NCBI GenBank assembly: GCA_037381445.1
Contig: JARRQT010000037.1
Location: 1 to 17,682, forward strand
DNA from: Calditrichia bacterium
Lineage (GTDB): Bacteria; Calditrichota; Calditrichia; RBG-13-44-9
Direction of reading: 5' to 3'
DNA: 17,682 nt
This document shows, in pieces, positions 17,068 through 17,682 of the stretch (positions within the stretch are counted from its first letter, which is position 1; each line of letters opens with the position of its first letter). The position numbers and the translations under genes were made by a program. The notes beneath the pieces were generated by a model that saw only the letters and a list, made by a program, of their open reading frames with translations, was not told the origin of the DNA and did no database searches.

Positions 17068-17680
17068 CTATTTCCAGCGGATTTTTCCCAGAAATCCCAA
17101 AGGTGCGATCAGCAGATTGTGCAGCAAAAAACCGGCTTCGAACAGAAGGAAATGCTTAAGCCGGATTTCTTCGCGGAAGACGCGGGCGGTAAATTTCAAT
17201 GAAAAAAAGCGGCAATACCCAGAGCAGGAAATTGCTGCCGTGATAGGCGGCATAGCCGAGCTGTACACCGGCAGCATAATATTTACCGGCGGAGTGGTGC
17301 CGGCGGCGCTGGATGAAAAATTCCCGCGGCGTAGCGGGCAGATCGGTTTGCACCCAGCCGCCGGGATCACTGCACACGCTGATCTGAGAGGAAAGACGGC
17401 CCATTCTGTATACCAGCAGATCATCGTCGCCGCTCAGCGACCGGGAAATTTCACCGAATCCGCCGGCAGCCTGAAAAATATTTTTGTTGTACCCCCAACT
17501 GCCCCCAACGGCCAGAAAGGGACGGCCGTTCCCCACTCCCGCCGCGGCGATCCCCCAGGCAAAAAGGCGTTCCGGCAATAAATACCTGTGAAGCAGCGAA
17601 CCCTTTAGCCTTACTTTTGGAATGTTCAGCATAACTTCCGTCCCATTGGAGAAATAACGATTGAAGGTGTTCAGGTATTC
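17068..17680 (-). CDS. Family 2 glycosyltransferase (PgaC/BcsA-like), C-terminal part; 5' end outside window; frameshift at about 17202-17208
   Basis: Frame open from the window end (EYLNTFNRYFSNGTEVMLNIP...), with GGF..I....SGDDDLL and FFIQRRRH (QxxRW-like) motifs followed by hydrophobic segments. After the T7 run the plausible C-terminus (SLKFTARVFREE...IAPLGFLGKIRWK*) lies in another frame ending at 17068. Confidence 0.82.
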
Positions 17681-17682
17681 GG

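Noticed and set aside
17068..17424. 118-aa minus ORF as an independent gene
   Set aside because: Only its last ~45 codons look like real protein, and they are the frameshifted tail of the glycosyltransferase.
16929..17581. Plus-strand ORFs 16929..17159 and 17117..17581
   Set aside because: Antisense to the glycosyltransferase; no family features.
1..17682. CRISPR arrays, tRNA or rRNA genes
   Set aside because: No regularly spaced repeats, cloverleaf or rRNA-like sequence found by eye in any intergenic gap.

Overview
Bacterial window from a diderm organism; the gene mix suggests an FCB-group lineage such as Calditrichaeota/KSB1, but that is only an inference. Plus strand, 1-11587: the 3' part of a bacterial alpha-2-macroglobulin (thioester CIEQ, frameshifted near 630), pbpC, an Xaa-Pro aminopeptidase, a TetR regulator, a secreted S9 peptidase, an AmgK-like sugar phosphotransferase, and a HAD-fold protein that has lost its catalytic residues. 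The convergent gap at 11588-12316 holds two mobile relics: the decayed 3' end of a group IIC intron (minus strand, not in the ORF track) and the 3' end of an IS256-family element. Minus strand, 12317-16699: an uncharacterised three-gene envelope operon (secreted Ig-like protein, stand-alone secreted FecR-domain protein, 802-aa Ig-plus-beta-barrel protein) behind a sigma70-type promoter with a palindrome in its spacer. The window ends in the 3' part of a GT2 glycosyltransferase frameshifted at a 7-nt homopolymer. The best candidates for undescribed biology are the three-gene envelope module and the kinase/pseudo-phosphatase pair. All family calls come from motif recognition by eye; no searches were run.
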